Source of the DNA: Myxococcota bacterium
Lineage (GTDB): Bacteria; Myxococcota_C; UBA6777
Direction: 5' to 3'
Assembly: GCA_023150835.1 (NCBI GenBank)
Contig: JAKLKB010000037.1
Location: forward strand, 1-47,436
DNA: 47,436 bases
In this document: positions 46,614-47,436 of the stretch, piece by piece
Layout: every line of letters starts with the position of its first letter
How positions within the stretch are numbered: position 1 is the first letter of the stretch
Notes under the pieces: model-generated
Told to the model about the DNA's origin: nothing
What the model saw: the letters and a program-made list of their open reading frames with translations, nothing else
Database searches by the model: none
Made by a program: the position numbers and the translations under genes

Positions 46614-46722
46614 GTCGCGACCGATCTGGGTATTGCTTGATGGGGCGAGGACAAACAACAGGCACCGCAGGCACACTACAAGTTGGTCGCGACCGATCTG
46701 GGTATTGCTTGATGGGGCGAGG
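46614..46722. repeat. Perfect 37-bp direct repeat pair with 35-bp spacer
   Basis: GTCGCGACCGATCTGGGTATTGCTTGATGGGGCGAGG at 46614-46650 and 46686-46722. Confidence 0.9.
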
Positions 46723-46842
46723 TACCAAGCCCCGCTTCCAAGGGCGCGGCTCTATGGACCCCGTATGGACGGGGCGATCAGCGTTTTTCAAAGCCAACAG
46801 AGCTATCGCTTGAACGCTTGCGAACACGGCTTTTTTGGCTAC
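46699..46842 (+). mobile_element. Structured repeat family 2 element (diverged)
   Basis: GGGCGCGGCTC..GACCCCGTAT..GTTTTTCAAA..GCGAACACGGCTTTTTTGGC aligns with the reverse complements of 31494-31636 and 33270-33418. Confidence 0.65.
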
Positions 46843-46902
46843 GTATCGCTCCAGTAGATGTACGCTTCCAACAGATATCGCTGCTTTAGACACCCCCCAA
46901 GA

Positions 46903-47436
46903 TCACCGAATCGACCCTGTAGAAGAATTTCTCTCCCGAAATTTTCGCCAGTCTTCAAGAGACAGTTCGGTTGCTTTTTGTTGCTTTGCGGGTTGTTTTT
47001 CCATTTTTTCTGGCTTCTTGCTGAGCTGATCGCCCAACCATTCTCCCAATTTCACAAGAAGACCAAAGCCAGACTTTTTAAAGCGCTCCACCAATTTTTC
47101 AAGCTGCTTGAGATCTCCCCCGTGTTTGAGGAGAGTCACAAGGGTATCAATTCCTTTCGCTCCCAACTCCAAAGGATCGAGATTCGCCAAGACCTGCCAG
47201 ATCAGGCGGGGTTTTCGGATTTTTATCCCCCATCTTGCTGCTGTCGCAGAGGGGAGAGAAAAGCAGAAAGTCCGAGCGAAGAAAGAACCCACCGTCGCCG
47301 TACTTTCCGTACTTTCCGTACTTTCCGTACTTTCCGTACTTTCCGTACTTTCCGTACTTTCCGTACTTTCCGTACTTTCCGTACTTTCCGTACTTTCCGT
47401 ACTTTCCGTACTTTCCGTACTTTCCGTACTTTCCGT
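46903..47436 (-). CDS. Hypothetical protein, 3' part only, containing (TES)n repeat
   Basis: Frame is open from the window end through the 9-bp repeat (ACG GAA AGT) to TGA at 46903. Confidence 0.5.
   Translation of the reverse strand, partial: TESTESTESTESTESTESTESTESTESTESTESTESTESTESTESTATVGSFFARTFCFSLPSATAARWGIKIRKPRLIWQVLANLDPLELGAKGIDTLVTLLKHGGDLKQLEKLVERFKKSGFGLLVKLGEWLGDQLSKKPEKMEKQPAKQQKATELSLEDWRKFRERNSSTGSIR
47298..47436. repeat. 9-bp tandem repeat (CCGTACTTT), at least 15 perfect copies
   Basis: Direct reading; runs off the window end. Confidence 0.95.

Noticed and set aside
46614-46722. Annotation as a true CRISPR array
   Set aside because: Only two repeats, no cas genes in the window, no third unit at the expected period, and the repeat overlaps a dispersed element; kept as a repeat and a hypothesis.
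1-47436. Autonomous transposase/RAYT, integrase, prophage, tRNA or rRNA
   Set aside because: No ORF with HUH, DDE, recombinase or phage motifs, and no cloverleaf or rRNA-like sequence recognised.

Overview
About 47.4 kb of bacterial chromosome, most likely an uncultured Myxococcota (Cys-rich/PE-rich lipoproteins, two Hanks-type Ser/Thr kinases, PP2C, a myxobacterial-type HEAT protein). It begins inside a dispersed repeat and ends in a 9-bp tandem repeat, so it may be a whole contig. Recognisable genes are tsaE-nnr-rng, Nif3/YbgI, a PAS-GGDEF-EAL protein, a liu-type acyl-CoA carboxylase/enoyl-CoA hydratase operon, pcm and rocD, plus many secreted or membrane proteins of unknown function. I see no cas, reverse transcriptase, transposase, tRNA or rRNA genes. 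The most unusual signal is intergenic. (i) A ~112-bp hairpin-shaped MITE-like element with 11-bp terminal inverted repeats, an internal GTAG-REP hairpin and TNA target duplications occurs 7 times; one copy is nested in another and three sit on stop codons. (ii) A second ~149-bp structured element has 3 near-full copies and 1 partial copy. (iii) Five unrelated direct duplications of 32-53 bp, each split by a unique spacer and with a 71-75 bp period, lie at or near gene ends; one is a perfect 37/35/37. They resemble off-target CRISPR spacer-integration scars, which is a hypothesis only. All alignments and family calls were made by eye, without database searches.
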